This document shows positions 35,345 through 48,614 of a stretch of DNA of 64,000 nt, piece by piece; position 1 is the first letter of the stretch; the number at the start of each line of letters is the position of its first letter. A program made the translations under genes and the position numbers. The stretch covers positions 171,246,001 to 171,310,000 of the forward strand of contig NC_086097.1 in assembly GCF_963921235.1 (NCBI RefSeq). Reading direction: 5' to 3'. Source of the stretch: Mobula hypostoma. Its lineage: Eukaryota. The notes under the pieces are model-generated. The model had not been told where the DNA came from, ran no database searches, and saw only the letters and a program-made list of their open reading frames with translations.

Positions 35345-36210
35345 TCCCTAAATATTAATTTACATGTTGACTCATTGGTGAGGAGGGCAAATGCAATGTT
35401 AACATTCAATTCGAGACTCCTTTGCTTGCATCTTCAGAAAGAGCTCTATCTCTATCTTTAATACCTCTTTTTTTTCCTTTTCAGGGTTCTTTTGAAGACC
35501 CTGACCTGGAGTTACATGCTGACTTTGGTTCTTTGTGGAACTGGGACCCGCTCTCAGGGCCTCACAACCAGCCACTTTTCGATACGCCGAGGATGCGGTC
35601 TGGAAGACTAGCGCGTCTTCAGGGTGCCAGATTTTTGTGGCTCTGGAGGCGGGCAGACGCAAAGTTGGTGCCACCTCCTGATGTGTTGTGGGAGTACACA
35701 GAAGATCAAAAGCAGCGAGCTGGCTGCTGGCTGTGTGCCCAGAGACCTGGGTTCTTTGGGCACAGAGTTTGGCAAAAGCGACGCAACAGACTTTTAACAC
35801 CATAATCGGCGAGTTGTTTTGTTATGTCTCCCCTCTCGCTGTGAAATGGGGACACCTCTTTTTCCCTTACTAGGGAGAGAGAGAGAGATTGCGGTATGTC
35901 AAATTACCGGGTGAACGAGTAGTCTTTGGGGTATTGCAAGTCTGTGTCTTTATTAATGCTTTGTTGCATGCAAAGGAGGAGTTTCTTTTGCCAGAAGGTG
36001 ATGAATTTGTGGAATTCAGTGTTACAGGCATCTGTGGAAGCCAGGTCATTGGATGTATTTCAGGCGGCATTCTTGATTCGGGGCGTAAGAAGTTACAGAG
36101 AGAAGGCAGGGGAATGGGGTTGAGAAGGAAATGCATCAGTCATGATGAAATTGCGGAGCGGAGTTGATGGGCAGAATGGCCTAATTATGCTGCTATGTCT
36201 TATGGTCTTT
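35345..36210 (+). mobile_element. CR1 3' fragment split by an unclassified GC-richer insert (~35411-35972)
   Basis: CR1 at 35345-35410 (aaggcaaatgcaatgtt-type) and 35973-36210 (ending tcttatggtctt); the middle is not CR1-like. Confidence 0.6.
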
Positions 36211-37321
36211 TGGTCTTTTTGTGGATTCACTTTCCTGAAGGTTGCTTGCACGTTGGCCTCAGAGTCTGAAATCACAGGATCATTGAGATTTCATGATGGT
36301 CCATGTTTTAACAAATGGTCAAAGGGAACATAAAAGGCATTGATTTCATCTGGAAGTGAAGCCCTGTTGTTGCCTATGTCGCTTGATTTAACTTTATAAA
36401 GCGATGATGGTATTCAAAATTCTGCCACAACTGTCGAGCATCCATTTATTCAAGTTTAGTCTGGAATTGCCACTTCGTCCCTGAGGTGGTTTTCCAGAGA
36501 TTGTACCTGGACCTGTTGTAACTTTCTTGGTCACCAGACTTGAATTCCTCTGATCTGGCCCTCAGCAGATTGTGGACCTCATGATTCATCCAGGACTGCT
36601 GGTTGGGGAAACTCTGAATCATATTGTGAGGTAATATTTGTCTACAGCTGTTTTAATAAAGATCATGACAACCGTAGTATATCCATTCAGATCTACAGAT
36701 GGGTCCTTGAACATGGCCCAATCTCACTATTATGGTAGAGGTGATCCAGGAGGAAACCAGAAAAGATCCCACATTGTCTCAGCTCTAAATGGCCACACAA
36801 AATGGCTGGAATGTGCAGCAGAACTTCCATTTCACCTATTTTACCAGCACCGGAATGAACTTGTTTTGACAGGGTTGCCTTATGTGGGAACTCTGAGTTG
36901 TTGAATTTTGAATTTTGAATTTTGAATCTGGAGCTAAAGATTTTCAGGAGCTTTAAGCTGGTCATCCAGGCATGGTCGAAATGAAAGTATTGGCTCGAAG
37001 CTTTGCTGTTGGCCTAGGATAAATCAGCAAATCGAGCAGTTGTTATGCACTTTGGGATGCCAACACATCTAGTAATGCTAAGAGCAGTTCCTCTCTATCC
37101 CTGGAAATGGCCTGCATTGCATTGGCAGAGGATTCATGAGGATTTTGCTGTACCATTCATGGACACAAATATCTTGGTAGTAGTGGATGCAGCTACAAAG
37201 TGCCAGAAGTGTTCCCAATAGCTTCCACTGCAGCCTTGCCCACTGTTAATATGTTGAGAAGCCTCTTCACAAGGACTGGTGTCCCAGAACACTTAGTCAC
37301 TGACAATGGACCACATTTCAT

Positions 37322-40300
37322 TTAAAAAAAAATTATTCTTTTATGGGATATGGACGTCGCCAGCTAAGCTAACATTTAATGCCCACCCCTAGTTGCCCTT
37401 GAGAAGATGGTGATGAGCTGCCTTCTTGAACTGCTGCAGTCCCTGAGATGTAGGTACACCCACAGTGCTGTTAGGGAGGGAATTCCATGATTTTGACCCA
37501 GTGACAATGAAGGGACGGTGATATGTTTCCAACTCAGGATAGTGAGTGACTTGGAGGGGGAGTTCCAGGTGGTGGTGTTCCCAGGTATCTACTGTTCTCA
37601 TCCTTCTAGATGGTAGTGGTCGTGGGTCTGGAAGGTGCTGCCTTAGGAACTTTGGTGTGTTGTGTGAATCTTGTAGATAGTACGCACTGCTGCAACTGTT
37701 TGTTGATGGTGGAGGGATTAAATGTTTGTGAGAGGGGTACCAATCAAGTGGGCTGTCTTGTACTGGATGGTGTCAAGTTTCTTGAGTGTTGATGGAGCTG
37801 CACCCATCCAGGTGAGTTTCGAGTATTCAATTACACTCCTGACCTGAGCCTTGTAGATGGTGGACAGGCTTTGGGGAAACAGGAGGTGAGTTAGATGCCG
37901 CAGGATTCCTAGCTTTTGACATACTCTGCTAGCCACGGTGTTTATATGGCTAGATCCATTCAGTTTCCTGTCAATGGTTACACCCCAAAAGTTGATAGTA
38001 GAGGATCTTGTTGTGCTGATGCCATAAGACCATACAACCATAAAACATTGGAGCAGAATAGGCTATCCAGCCCATCGAGTCTGCTCCGCCATTCAATCAT
38101 GGCTGATCCTTTTTTTCCCTCCCCCTCAACCCCAGTTCCCTGCCTTCTCCCTGTAACCTTTGATGCCATGTCCAATCAGGAAACTATCAATTGCTGCTTT
38201 AAATACACCCAAAGAACTGGTCTCCACAGCTGCATGTTGCAACAAATTACACAAATTCACTAATCTTTGGCTGAAGAAATTTCTCCGCATTTCTGTTTTG
38301 AAAGGGTGCCTTCTATCCTGAGGCTATGCCCTTTTGTCCTAGTCTCTCTCACCATGGGAAACATCCTTTCCATATCTACTCTGTCTAAGACTTTCAACAT
38401 TCAAAAGGTTTCAGTGAGATCACCCTCATCCTTTTGAATTCCAGTGAGTACAGACCCAGAGCCAAAAAAATGTTCTTCGTATGATAACCCTTTCATTCCT
38501 GGCATCGTCCTTGTGAAACTCTTCTGGACCCTTTCCAATGCCAGCATATCTTTTCGAAGATGAGGGGCCCAAAACTGTCACTATATTCAAGGTGAGTCCT
38601 CACCTTATAAAGCCTCAGCACCACATCCTTGCTCTTGTATTCTAGACCTCTTGAAATGAATGCTAACATGGCATTTGCCTTCCTCACCACCGACTCAATG
38701 TGCAAGTTAACCTTCAGGGTGTTCTGCACCAATCAACCAATGGTCTAACCATGTTAGTAACTTTCCTGTAATACCACGGACTCTTAATTTGTCAAAGGCC
38801 TTCGGAAAGTCCAAATATACAACATCCACTGCATCCTCTTTATCTATCCTACTTGTAATCTCCTCAAAGGATTCCAACAGGTTTGTCAGGCAAGACTGAC
38901 ACAAAATACTCAGTTCATCAGCCATCTCCTTGTCTCGAGTTATTATTTCTCCTGCCTCATTTTCTAGTGGTCCTATATCCACGTGCATCTCCCTTTTATT
39001 TTTAACATACAGTACTTGAAAAAACTTTTACTATCCACTTTGATATTATTTGCTAGCTTGCTTCCATATTTCATCTTTTCCCTTCTAATGATTTTTTTAG
39101 TTGCTCTGTGTAGGTTTTTTAAAATTTCCCAATCCGCTATCTTCCCATTATTTTTTGCTATGTTGTATGCCCTTTCTTTTTCTTTTACAATAGCTTTGAA
39201 TTCCCTTGTCAGCCATGGTTGTACCATGTTACCATTTGAGTATTTCTTCATTTTTGGAATACACATGTCCTGCACTTTCCTCATTTTTTCCAGAAACGGA
39301 TGCCATTGCTGCTCTGCTGACATCCTTGCCAGCAGCTTCTTCCAATTTACTTTGCCCACATTTTCTCTCATGTCACTGTAATTTCCCTTACTCCACTGAC
39401 ATACTGCTACATCAGACTTTACTTACTCCCTATCAAATTTCAAGTAAACATAATCATACTGTGATCACTGTACTGGTTCCTAAGGGCTATTTTACTTTAA
39501 GCTCCCTAATCACCACCAGTTTATTACATAACACCCAATCCGGTATAGCTGATCCCCGAGTTGGTTCAGTGACAAGCTGCTCTAAAAAGTTATCTCTTAG
39601 GCATTCAACAAACTCATTCTCTTTGAGATTCATTACCAACCTGATTTTCCCAATTGACCTGCATGTTAAAATCTCCCATGACTACCATAACATTGCCCTT
39701 TTGACTCGCCTTTTCTATTTCCTGTTGTAACCTGTGGTCCACCTCCCAGCCATTGTTGGGAGGCCTGTATATAACTGCCATTAACGTCCTTTTACCCTTG
39801 CAGTTTCAGAATTCAACATCTTCCAATCCTATGTCACATTTTTCTGTTGATTTGATGCCATTCTTTACCGGTAGAGCCACGCCGTCCCCTCTGCCTACCT
39901 TCCTATCCCTCCTATATAATGTGTAACCTTGGACATTCAGCTTCCAACTACAACTATCCTTCAGCCACGATTCAGTGATGGCCACAACATCATACCTGGC
40001 AATCTGTACTATTGCAACAAGATCATCCACCTTATTTCTTATACTACGCGCATTTAGATACAACACCTTGAGTACCGTATTTGCTAACCTTTCTGACTCT
40101 GCATCCCTAATGCTTTGATACTTAGCCTGTTGGCTGCAACTAAGTCCCATCATATGCCTGCCCTTCCTGACAGTCTGACCGCATACTATCTTTAGTTTTT
40201 CACCATCTGTCCTCTCCTGGGTCCCTTCATTCTGGTTCCCTTCCCCCTGCCAAACTAGTTTAAACCCTCCCCAACAGCTCCAATAAACCTGCCTGTGAGA

Positions 40301-41140
40301 ATATTGGCTCCCCTTCGGGTTCAGGTGCAACCTGTCACTTTTGAACAGGTCATACCTTCCCCAGAAGAGATCCCAATTATCCAAGAACCTGAAGCCCTGC
40401 CCCCTGCACCAGCTTCTCAGCCACGCATTTATATGCTAAATCATCCTGTTTCACTGGCACGTGGTATAGGCAGCAATCCAGAAATTACTACCCAGGAGGT
40501 CCTGCTTCTCTGCTTTCTACCTAGCTCTCTAAATTCTCTTTTCAGGACCTCATTGCTTTTCCTTCCTATGTCATTGGTATCAATATGTACCAAGACATCT
40601 GGCTGCTCCCCCTCCCTCTCCAAAATGTTGTGGATGCAGTCTGAGGCATTCCTGACCCTGGCACCTAGGAAGCAACATGCCATCTGGGTGTCCCGTTCAC
40701 GTCCACACAATCTCCTGAATCTTCCCTTCACTATTCCTCTCACATATCACTGAGTGTCAAGGGACGATGGTTAGAGCCTCTCTTGTTGGAGATGGTCATT
40801 GCCTGGCACTTGCATGGCTCGAATGTTACTTACCAGTTGCCAGTTCAAGCCTGGATATTGTCCAGGTCCTGCTATATTTGGGTATAAACTGCTTTGCTAT
40901 CTGATGAGTCATGAATGGTGTAGAACATTGTGCAGTCATCTGTGAACATCCCCACTTCTGACCTTATGATGGTAGGAAGGTCATTGATGAAGCAGCTGTG
41001 GATGGTTGGTCCTGGGACAATTCCCTGAGGAACTCCAGCAGTGATGTTCTGAGGATGAGCTGACTGACCTCCAACCACTACAACCGTTTTCCTTTGTGTC
41101 AGGTATGATTCCAACCAGCAGAGAGTTTTCCCCTGTTCTG
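37322..41140 (-). mobile_element. CR1/L2-group LINE 3' half inserted in the Gypsy integrase
   Basis: WLESYLTQRK.VVVVGGQS..ITAGVPQG..FINDLP..MFTDDCTMF (40872-41174); GVTIDRKL..TIYKAQVRSVIEY; FKKAAHHHLLKGN* C-terminus. Confidence 0.85.
38022..40745 (-). mobile_element. Internally deleted CR1 LINE nested in the previous LINE
   Basis: ORF1 esterase CFLGARV..PDVLVHIDTNDIG..VVISGLLP, SDRLHLN; ORF2 LKVLYLNARSIRNK..VAITESWL; YLDFPKAFDK. Confidence 0.9.
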
Positions 41141-42769
41141 GAACATTTTCAGTCATTCCTGAAAATGAATGCAAAATACATTTTACATCTGCACTTTCCC
41201 ACCCAGCTACAAATGACTTGGTGAAAGGTTTGTCCAGAGTCTAAAGATGGCACTGCAAGCAATGTCAGCAGAACACACTGCACTGAAGCAGAAGATCTCC
41301 AATTTCTTCTTTGCATATCACAAAGCAGCACACTCCACAACCAATAACTCACCAGCTATGCTGTTTCTGGGTCATCCCTTTTGGACACACTTGGATCTCC
41401 TCAAACCCAATCTTAGAAGGGATAGGCAGGATAAACAGCTGAGACAAATTGAGGGCTTCTCGAACAAGGAGGTTCAATGTTTCACTCCTGGACAAACAGT
41501 CCCGGTGAGAGACTACAGGAAAGGTCAAAACTGGGTACTTGGCAAGATTAAGGACAGACTTGGAGCACTCTCCTACACAGTGGAGTTTTGCATCTGATAT
41601 CATCTGGAGCTGACACATTGATCAGTTGAGGAGAGTCGTCAACTGTTAGAGAAGAAAGGTGTCCAATCACTTCCTGCCGTCCCAGAGACAACTCCTACAA
41701 CCACTATGATGGAAGCCCCAGAACTGGAGATTGCCTCACAGCCACAAGTCTCACATGCCAAGCAGAGACCCCCCTCCCCCACCTGTCAGGAAGACATTAT
41801 CCCACAAGAGTAAGAAATACTCCACAGCGTTTAAATCTTTAGGTCTGAATGGGACAACTTAAAACTTGCTATGCTGTGGATATTTATATAGTAGTTGTAT
41901 TATATTGTATACTATGCATATATACACAACGTATAAGTAAATAGAGAGCAATATGTTATGTATTTGAGTTGGGATGCATTCTGTATTAAGTTGAAGTTTA
42001 TAGCTGAGTAGGGAGGAGTGTACTTAATACTTCAGTAATATTTGAGTAATATTGTAAATATATAATTTGATTAAGCATTATTAATTCATTTATATGTAAG
42101 AAGTACATGAATGGTATATGTCATTATGTCATATGTGACAAAAATAAAGGGGAAAAAAATAAGTAGACAAGTTTCTTGGCCCTTGTGCTTTCTTTCAGTT
42201 AGCTTCTAGAGTTAAAAACATGACATTGATCTCCCAGTCTATCTTGTTATGCTCCTTGCACCTTATTTGTCTGTATGCTCTGCACTTTCTCTGTAACTGC
42301 AATATCATATTCTCTACTCCGTTTTCATTTTATTTATTCTGTGTAGTTATGTATGGCGTGATCTGTCTGGAGACCATGCAAACAGAAGATTATCACTTTA
42401 TCTCAGTACAACTGGCAATAATAAACTAATAGCCCTGCTATTTACTTAAATTTCCTTTGAATAAAGGTAAAGCACCAGATGTACGCAAATATGCCATTTG
42501 CCTTGAAATAATTTGAGAGTGTTCTGAGTTGGGAAAAGATGATAAATGCGTATCAGTCCCTTTATCGTCTTAAAACTGCAGTAACGTTTTGTTTGGTGAT
42601 GACAATTCTGTTCGCACTTTTCACCAAAATGTTTTATTACACTAATTTATAGGGTCAATCCATGTACTTGGGGAGGGAGGGGAATAGAGAGCCCTACTAA
42701 TTTTCATTTTCAGATAGCTTACTCTCCTTTTTAATATATTTTACTACTCTGCTAATTCTTCTTTTGAAA

Positions 42770-45610
42770 GTTCAAAGTAAATTTATTATCAAATTACATC
42801 AGCAACCGTATGCAACCCAGAGATTCATTTTCTTTTGGGCATAATCAATAGATCCAATAACCATAATAGAATCAATGAAAGACTGCACCCAACAGGGAGG
42901 ACACCAGTGTGCAAAAGAAAACAAATTGCAAATACAAAAGGAAAATAATGAAATAATAGTAATAATAAATAAATAAGAAATAAATGTTGAGGACATGAGA
43001 TGAAGAGCCCTTGAAAGTGACTCCGTAGGTTGTGGGAACAGTTCAGTGATGGGGCAAATGAAGCTGAGTGAAGTTATTCCCTCTGGTTCAAGAGCCTAAT
43101 AGTTGAGGGGTAATAATTGTTCCTGAACCTGGTGGTGTGAGTCCTGAAACAGTTACTACCCTTCAATTCAAGCATTCATTTCAAGAGGTCTAGAATACAC
43201 AAGCAGGGATCTGATGCTGAGGCTTTATAAGGCATTGGTGATGCCTCACCATGAGTACTGTGAACAGTTCTGTGCTACTCGTCTAAGAAAGGATGTGCTG
43301 ACATTGGAGTAGGTTCAGAGAAGGTTCACAAGAATGATTCTGGGAATGAAAGGGTTATCATACAAGGAACATTTGATAGCTCTGGGTTTATACTCACTGG
43401 AATTTAGAAGGATGAGGGAGGATCTCATTGAAATCTTTCGAACATTGAAATACCTTGACAGAATAGATGTGGAAAAGATGTTTCCCATGAAGGGGAGGTC
43501 TAGGACATGAGGGTACTGCATCAGGATAGAGGGCTGTCCATTTAAAACAGAGATGTGGGGATATTTCTTTTGCCAGAGGGTGGTGAATTTGTGGAATTTG
43601 TTACCACAGGCAGCTGTAGAAGCCAGGTTGTTGGATGTATTTAAGACAGAGCTTGATAATTCTTGATTGGACAGAGTGTCAGAGGTTATGGGAGAAGGCC
43701 GGGGAGTGGGGCTGAGGAGGGAAAGAAAGGATCAGCCGTGATTGAATGGCAGAGTGGACTCAATGGGCCAAATGGCCTAATTCTGCTCCTACGTCTTATA
43801 GATGATGGACTTATGTCTAAGCATCAGTGTCTTGAACCAGAGGGAGGATGTTACAATGTTGTCATTGAGTCAAACATAAGTTCCTGAATCCAAATATCAT
43901 CCAATGTTTGTATTCTGTAGATTGTTTGGTATTTATGACAGTGTCTTAGCTTTAAAATGTGGTTCTTCAGAATATTGTGAAGTATTCTTCTATCAAGTGA
44001 ATGCAATTGTATCTTATGCAGTGGCACTGAAGTAAAAGATCAATCATGATCTTATGGAATAGAGCAGGTAGATGATACTCAATGACCTAGTTCTGCAATG
44101 AGAGCATTATTTTGATGGATTTGGATGGGTTATTTTAAAAGTCTATCCAGAGCTTTGACTGCCTGGAGGAGACATATCTTTTGATCCTGTGTGAATATCA
44201 GGTACATCAGGAGCTGTTAGCAGAAGGATTGGATCTTGTGAAGGATGAAGAAAGATTGTGGACCCCTGGCACATTTGGTGAAGAAGGGCCTGGAGCCGTG
44301 GGAGAGGGCAATAAGCTACCAGGTCAGGACAGAGATGGTGAAGTGCAAGACATGGAATGTAAACTGTAAGGAGAAGTGGTGAAAGGAATGGACATACCTG
44401 ATATCTTGGTTGGAGCCGAAGATCTCACAATCAGATTCTCTTGGTTCCAACAATAATAGAGTCACAGAATCATACAGCACAGAAATAGGACCTTTGGAAC
44501 ACCTCATACACACCAACCAGGATTCCCATCTAAGCTACCCTCATTTAGCTTTGTTTGGCCTTCATTCCTCTAAATCTTTCCTATCTATGTACCAAGTATC
44601 TTTTGAATGTTGTTAGAGTACCAGCCTCAACCACTTCCTCTGGCAGCTTGTCTCTTATTTGCACCATCCCCTGTATGAAAAGCTGCCATTTAGACTCCTC
44701 TTCTAGGAATAAGACAGCGCACATTCACTACCAAATACCCCTCATATTTTATGTACCTCTATAAGATCACTTTACAGACTCCTACGTTCCAAGGAATAAA
44801 GTCCCAGTATTTCTCAATCTCCCTTCTTAACTTTGTCCCTTGTATCCGAGCAGCACCCATATAAATCTCCTCTACACTCTTTCCAGCTGTATGGCACCCT
44901 TCCTATAACAGGGTGGCCAAAATTGAACACCATGCTGTAAATGCGCAATCTCCAGCATCTTGTGCAACTGTAAAATCATATTCCAACTTTCCAACTTTTA
45001 TACTCAATGGCCTGACTTATGAAGGCCAGCATGTCTGTACCTGAGATCTCAACTTGGAGGCCTGGAGACTGAATTGGAAGTCACGGGGGATAAGATGGCA
45101 GTGAGGACACGTCCTGAGGAAGGATTTGTGGCTGTAGTGCCCAGTCTTGGAAATAACAAGTTTGAAGAGCAAAAGAGCAGTAGAAACCATTGAGGGGAGC
45201 GCTAAGAGAGAGCAGCAAGTGGAGAGCATTCCTGCATCACAGCCGAGTACAGAAGCTCCAATGCACAGGACTGAAAAAGATTGAAGAAGTTGCCAGCTCC
45301 ATCACAGACACAACCCCGCCCCCCGCCCCCCATCAAGGACGCCTTTAACAGGCGGCATCATCATTAAGGATGCTCACCCTCTTCTCGGGGAGGAGGTATA
45401 GAAACCTGGAGACCAACCCTTATTGTGTTAGGAACAACTTCTTCTCTACCATCAGGTTTCTGAACAGTCCATGAATACCACCATGCTATTCCTCTTCAGC
45501 ATTATTTATTTATTTTTTGCAGCTCACATTCGTTTTTATGTTCTACACTGTACTTTTGCCACAAACCAACATATTTTATGGTGTATGTTATTAATAATAA
45601 ACCTGGTTCT
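42770..45610. mobile_element. Rex1 (minus 42770-43150; plus 45250-45610) and CR1 (plus 43170-43800; minus 44455-45040) fragments
   Basis: Similarity to other Rex1 and CR1 3' ends in the window. Confidence 0.7.
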
Positions 45611-46774
45611 GTTTCATTTTTAAATAGAGTTAGTCTTCTCTAATAATAATTTAACCACATTGTACTTACGTATAAGCATAACATATGCCCTTTTAAACAC
45701 AGCCAATTCCCAGCCCAATCTCCATCATTAGGATTTACAATGCAGCCTTGGAAGTGCACCTGGTGTCAATGTAATATAAATTAACTTGTAAAAGCCTATT
45801 TTGGGGATTTTTAGCAGGATGCAGAATGTAATTGAACTAATAATGAGTGCTTTATTAGTTATTGTTTTTTTCCACACTATCATTTGCAATCATGTAGTTA
45901 GTAATTAATTGCTGCTGTGCAGATGGTAAACCTTTAATCATTGTATGTCTGAGCATTCAGAAATTAATGTGTGGCAATTAGCATTTAGGGGGTTTTCAGA
46001 CAACTTAATAGATGGAAAACTATACTCTTCATTGTATATCCTCCTCATAACTTTTTTTCATAATGCAACATGCCAGCAATTTTATTGTATTTGGTGGTAA
46101 TAGTCCAAGGGTTAATGATTTGCTTTGCAATCTCTATTAGCATGACAAATTTCCCACAAAGGGCATGAAAAAATGTTGAAATGCTGAATGAGAAAGAACT
46201 ATAAAGAGAGCAAGGCTGCCCATAACAGTCACTTCACTGAGATGCTCGGACCATACATTAGGGCTACACAATTGGATTTTTGTCCCAAGTTCAACAAGGT
46301 TGCTGGAAGAAAATGCTATGAATGTTGACGAAATTGATTACTGGCAAGTGAAAGACAAAACTGTCATTTTGAGTTGAAAATATGTTAGGTCACAATGTCT
46401 GTGGTTCCATCCAGATTCAGTATTGCATATAGAAGCTCTCCTTGTTAAGGTTTAATCTACTATATGTTGTTCTGTTTCACAAAGACACAAGCAAAGCCCA
46501 TGAGTCAATGCCTTCATCTTATCTACACCAGCTTTTCATTGCTTGTTGGTTAAATTTGGCAAGTCATAATTGGTACATGTGAGAAGAGGGTCTCTATCGG
46601 TCAGTATAGACAATGGACATCGCTTCTGTTTCTGCTTGGTACTGTGCAAGCACTGCCGGACGGCTGTTATAACGCACAGTCGTTGTGAACGTCGTGGGAG
46701 TTATATTGTAAAGTAATCTTTTTTGACTTGATCCCCTAAATCAATTTGATTGAGTCTATCTTTAAAAATATTAA

Positions 46775-47326
46775 TGTCCTAGCTGTCTTGATACCCAAGC
46801 CTGGGCAATACGATATGAGAGCAAGCTGTTGCCCGTGGAGCAAACTCTCCTTCTCCATGCATCTGATGAACCCAAAGGAACGGCAGAGACTTATAGAGTT
46901 TGGTACCAGCAGCATTGCAGTAGTCACTAGTCCATATTGAACTTAATGTAAGACTGCCTTAGGGACTCGAGCTCTGGACTTTTCCCTCAAGGTTTACTCC
47001 TGAAGCCTTCCCCATGATTGAGTATAGCCACAAGGCAGCAAAGTTTTGAGATCAGAGTTTTCCTTCTCCTAGATGAGCTGCCAACCACACCTGATGAGCC
47101 CCATCTGCCGGAAGCGACGGGTTTTAAGGCACCAGTAACCCGCCTTTGCCCCTTCTCCTGTCAATAGAAATTGTTCTGTCAGGCTTAGTAACTAAGCCAC
47201 ATGTGAAGGCCAGGAACTGGACTTGGTTGTCAGTGTCTAACTGAGGTGCAGGCCATTGGGAGTATTTAATAAGTAGAGGGTGCTTGTCCCCATTACTACC
47301 TCCAGCTATTACAACCTTAAGGAACC
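46775..47326 (-). mobile_element. Non-coding retroelement piece resembling an RTE/Vingi-type LINE 5' UTR
   Basis: Minus strand gatggggctcatcagg..ggcagctcatctaggagaaggaaaactctgat resembles LINE 5' regions as I recall them; hairpin GGCTTAG-taa-CTAAGCC (47182-47198). Family uncertain. Confidence 0.45.
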
Positions 47327-47859
47327 GTGGTACATACAGTTGCAATATGTTAATAGCACCACATCTCAAGAAGGCAGGAAAGAGGATTCAAAATGATATA
47401 GGTGGACACTTACTTTGACTAATTATATACTCTAGGTCACAAGTAATTTCTGTTTACTGAGCAAAAACTGGAAAATGCAAAAGCTGCTCTTCAATTTCTG
47501 CTTAATACACAGAACATCCTTCTAAGAGGCGGCTACAAGCAGATTTCCATCACCACTGACAGTTCATCAGGAATTTATGGCAAAAAAATCTGCTTCAAGT
47601 CTGCTGATGATACACAAATGTGTTGTCCAAGGTAATGGGAAGATTTTTCTCATGATTGAACAACACAAAGTTAGATTAGAGGTTTCACTCTTCTCAATGT
47701 TTCCATCATTTTCTGACCAACTAGTGGGAGCACAGAAGGGAATACAATGACAGAAATTCATCTTCAGTCAGGAGAGAAAAAAATCAAACCTTCTGAGGTC
47801 AGAGGAACTGAATGTCAGAAGTGGGGAGAAACAAACAATGCCTGCTGTTCTCCACATTT

Positions 47860-48370
47860 AATGAACTCATTGGCCTGGTATGGAAACTCCAATGCACAGG
47901 AATTAAAACGCCCACAGAGAATGGTGGACTCAGCAAATTGTATCATGGGTACAAACCTCCCCTCTAGCAGGGAGGTTTGCAAAAGGCAAATGTCATCCAT
48001 AATCAGGGCCTCCAATCACCTGAATCTCCAATCACCTTTTCTCCCTGGTACCATCTGGCAAAGTACACAGAAAATGAAGCTACATGCCTCAAGGCTGGCC
48101 AATAGTATATTTCCCCACTGCCATCAGGTTCTTGAATCGACCTGACAAACTTTATAATATTACCACGGGCTATAAATTTTCTCTCTCTCCTTAATCTTAC
48201 TTTACTGTCATTATGTTTATTTTGTTATTTTACACTGATATTAGTTATGTATAATTTATGATCATTTATGTATATGATAATTTCTGTTTCTGTCCTGTGC
48301 TGCTGCTGCAAAAAGCTAATTTTCATGGCATTTATACCCGTTGTATATATGCCAATGCCAATAATAAACA
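47860..48370 (+). mobile_element. Old Rex1/Babar 3' fragment
   Basis: LAWYGNSNAQELKRPQRMVDSA.CIMGTNLP. Confidence 0.7.
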
Positions 48371-48614
48371 TAAAACACCATTTTTAAGATAATCAGTTTT
48401 GAAGAATTGTTGTTGATTGTCAGAAAGTCTTGAGCCCTGTCCTTGGTATGTCTTCAACACGCCTCTACATTAATCCTAACCCCAAGACATTCTTTCCCTA
48501 AATCTTCAAACTCTCATTCCCTTTTTCAGTACTTTCTTAAAACATTCTTTCATTATCATTCTTCAACTAACTTTCTGAATAAAATATTTGCTGTTTTAAA
48601 AATGCTTGAATAGC

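Larger units (their letters stand above)
32822..36890 (-). mobile_element. Older Rex1/Babar LINE inside the Gypsy element, itself interrupted
   Basis: SCLNNYGPVVLTSTVMKCFER..LQFAYQSNRS..IDYSSAFSTI (34705-35217); FKFANDITV; 3' tail at 32822; upstream part 36210-36890. Confidence 0.85.
31071..42225 (+). mobile_element. Old Gypsy LTR retrotransposon carrying several nested insertions
   Basis: TSD TTGAT (31066-31070 and 42226-42230); LTRs 31071-31323 and 42019-42225; PBS TGGTGATGAGGA (31325, tRNA-Ser(GCU)-like); PPT AGGGAGGAG; RT start PWATPVVPV..RICDDFKVTINPVL (~32700-32820); integrase GHPGMVEMKVLARS (~36960), LVTDNGPHF (~37293), core resuming at ~41141. Confidence 0.9.

Noticed and set aside
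46860..46900. CTGATGAA..GAGAC as a hammerhead
   Set aside because: Core is GAGA rather than GAAA, and stems I and III are unconvincing.
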